Below are positions 63,434 through 64,000 of a DNA stretch of 64,000 nucleotides, piece by piece. The notes under the pieces are model-generated. The model searched no databases and had not been told where the DNA came from. It saw only the letters and a list, made by a program, of their open reading frames with translations. Every line of letters starts with the position of its first letter. The first letter of the stretch is position 1. The stretch covers positions 186,001 through 250,000 of the forward strand of contig NW_003314375.1 of assembly GCF_000143415.4 (NCBI RefSeq), in the 5' to 3' direction. Source of the stretch: Selaginella moellendorffii. Its lineage: Eukaryota; Plantae; Lycopodiophyta. Made by a program: the position numbers and the translations under genes.

Positions 63434-64000
63434 ATGAGCTCCTCTATTATGCTGCTAGCGGTGTTCTTCGTCTTCGCATTCGTGGCGCCGCGAGCGATCG
63501 ATGCCGCCGATCTCGTCATGCGAGTGGATGCTGGAAGCGCTGGCCGGAGGGATTCCATCCACGCTGTTTGGAGTGTTCTTCGAGGTCTGAGCTGCATTTT
63601 TTCATCGATTTTGTCTGAAATTTCGATCGATCGCCCAGGAAATCAACCATGCAGGGGGAGGAGGTCTCTGGGCCGAGCTCGTCAGTAACAGAGGTGATTC
63701 TTTCTTTCAAATTCGTCTCCCGAGATGGATTTCTTTACCTTTTCTCGAAGAGCGATGCTTGGCTTTGTGATTCTTTTCTATCTTCTTGTCCATGGAATTT
63801 GATACGATTTTTCTCTATAGGATTTGAGTCTGGGGGCCAAAACACTCCATCCAACATAGCGCCATGGTACGCGATTGGTGACGAGTCCCAGGTGTGGCTG
63901 GAGTCGGAACGATCCTCTTGCTTTGAGCGAAACCCAGTTGCTTTGAGGATGGAAGTAGTTCGAGAGGTGGAAGGTGGGGTGGGAATCGCCAATCCAGGCT
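63434..64000 (+). CDS. ASD1: 5' part of a GH51 alpha-L-arabinofuranosidase with a +1 frameshift in exon 1
   Basis: Signal peptide; after removing one G at 63549-63551 it reads GRRIPSTLFGVFFE|EINHAGGGGLWAELVSNR|GFESGGQNTPSNIAPW...ERSSCFERNPVALRMEV...GVGIANPG. Confidence 0.88.

Overview
Gene-dense eukaryotic plant DNA with very short GT-AG introns (~45-70 nt), tiny intergenic gaps, PLS-type PPR genes and Hedgehog-type Hint genes. This fits a compact seed-free land plant genome, most likely Selaginella (inference). About 22 apparently intact protein genes are recognisable: RecQ3 3' end, two PPRs, F2KP, aconitase, a CRINKLY4-related pseudokinase, an RGG/HABP4 protein, GPDH, DET2, TH1, plastid KsgA/PFC1, DREB, PotD-like ENF2, SDG40-like, a tandem HMA protein, a DHHC PAT, a small Zn-ribbon protein, NAC, UBP1/2 and a GH51 5' end. 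There is also one tRNA-Gln, a decayed tRNA-Glu, several pseudogenes and a decayed LTR element with a tRNA-Ala primer site. Most notable: (1) two duplicated secreted Hint/Hog genes whose only N-terminal cargo is a 4-6 residue N-glycosylation-sequon peptide; (2) a Crinkler-like PD-(D/E)XK nuclease-kinase fusion gene; (3) its first intron appears to have arisen by tandem duplication of exon sequence; (4) an orphan Cys/His-rich gene between the two Hog copies. Exon boundaries and family calls were made by eye, without database searches.
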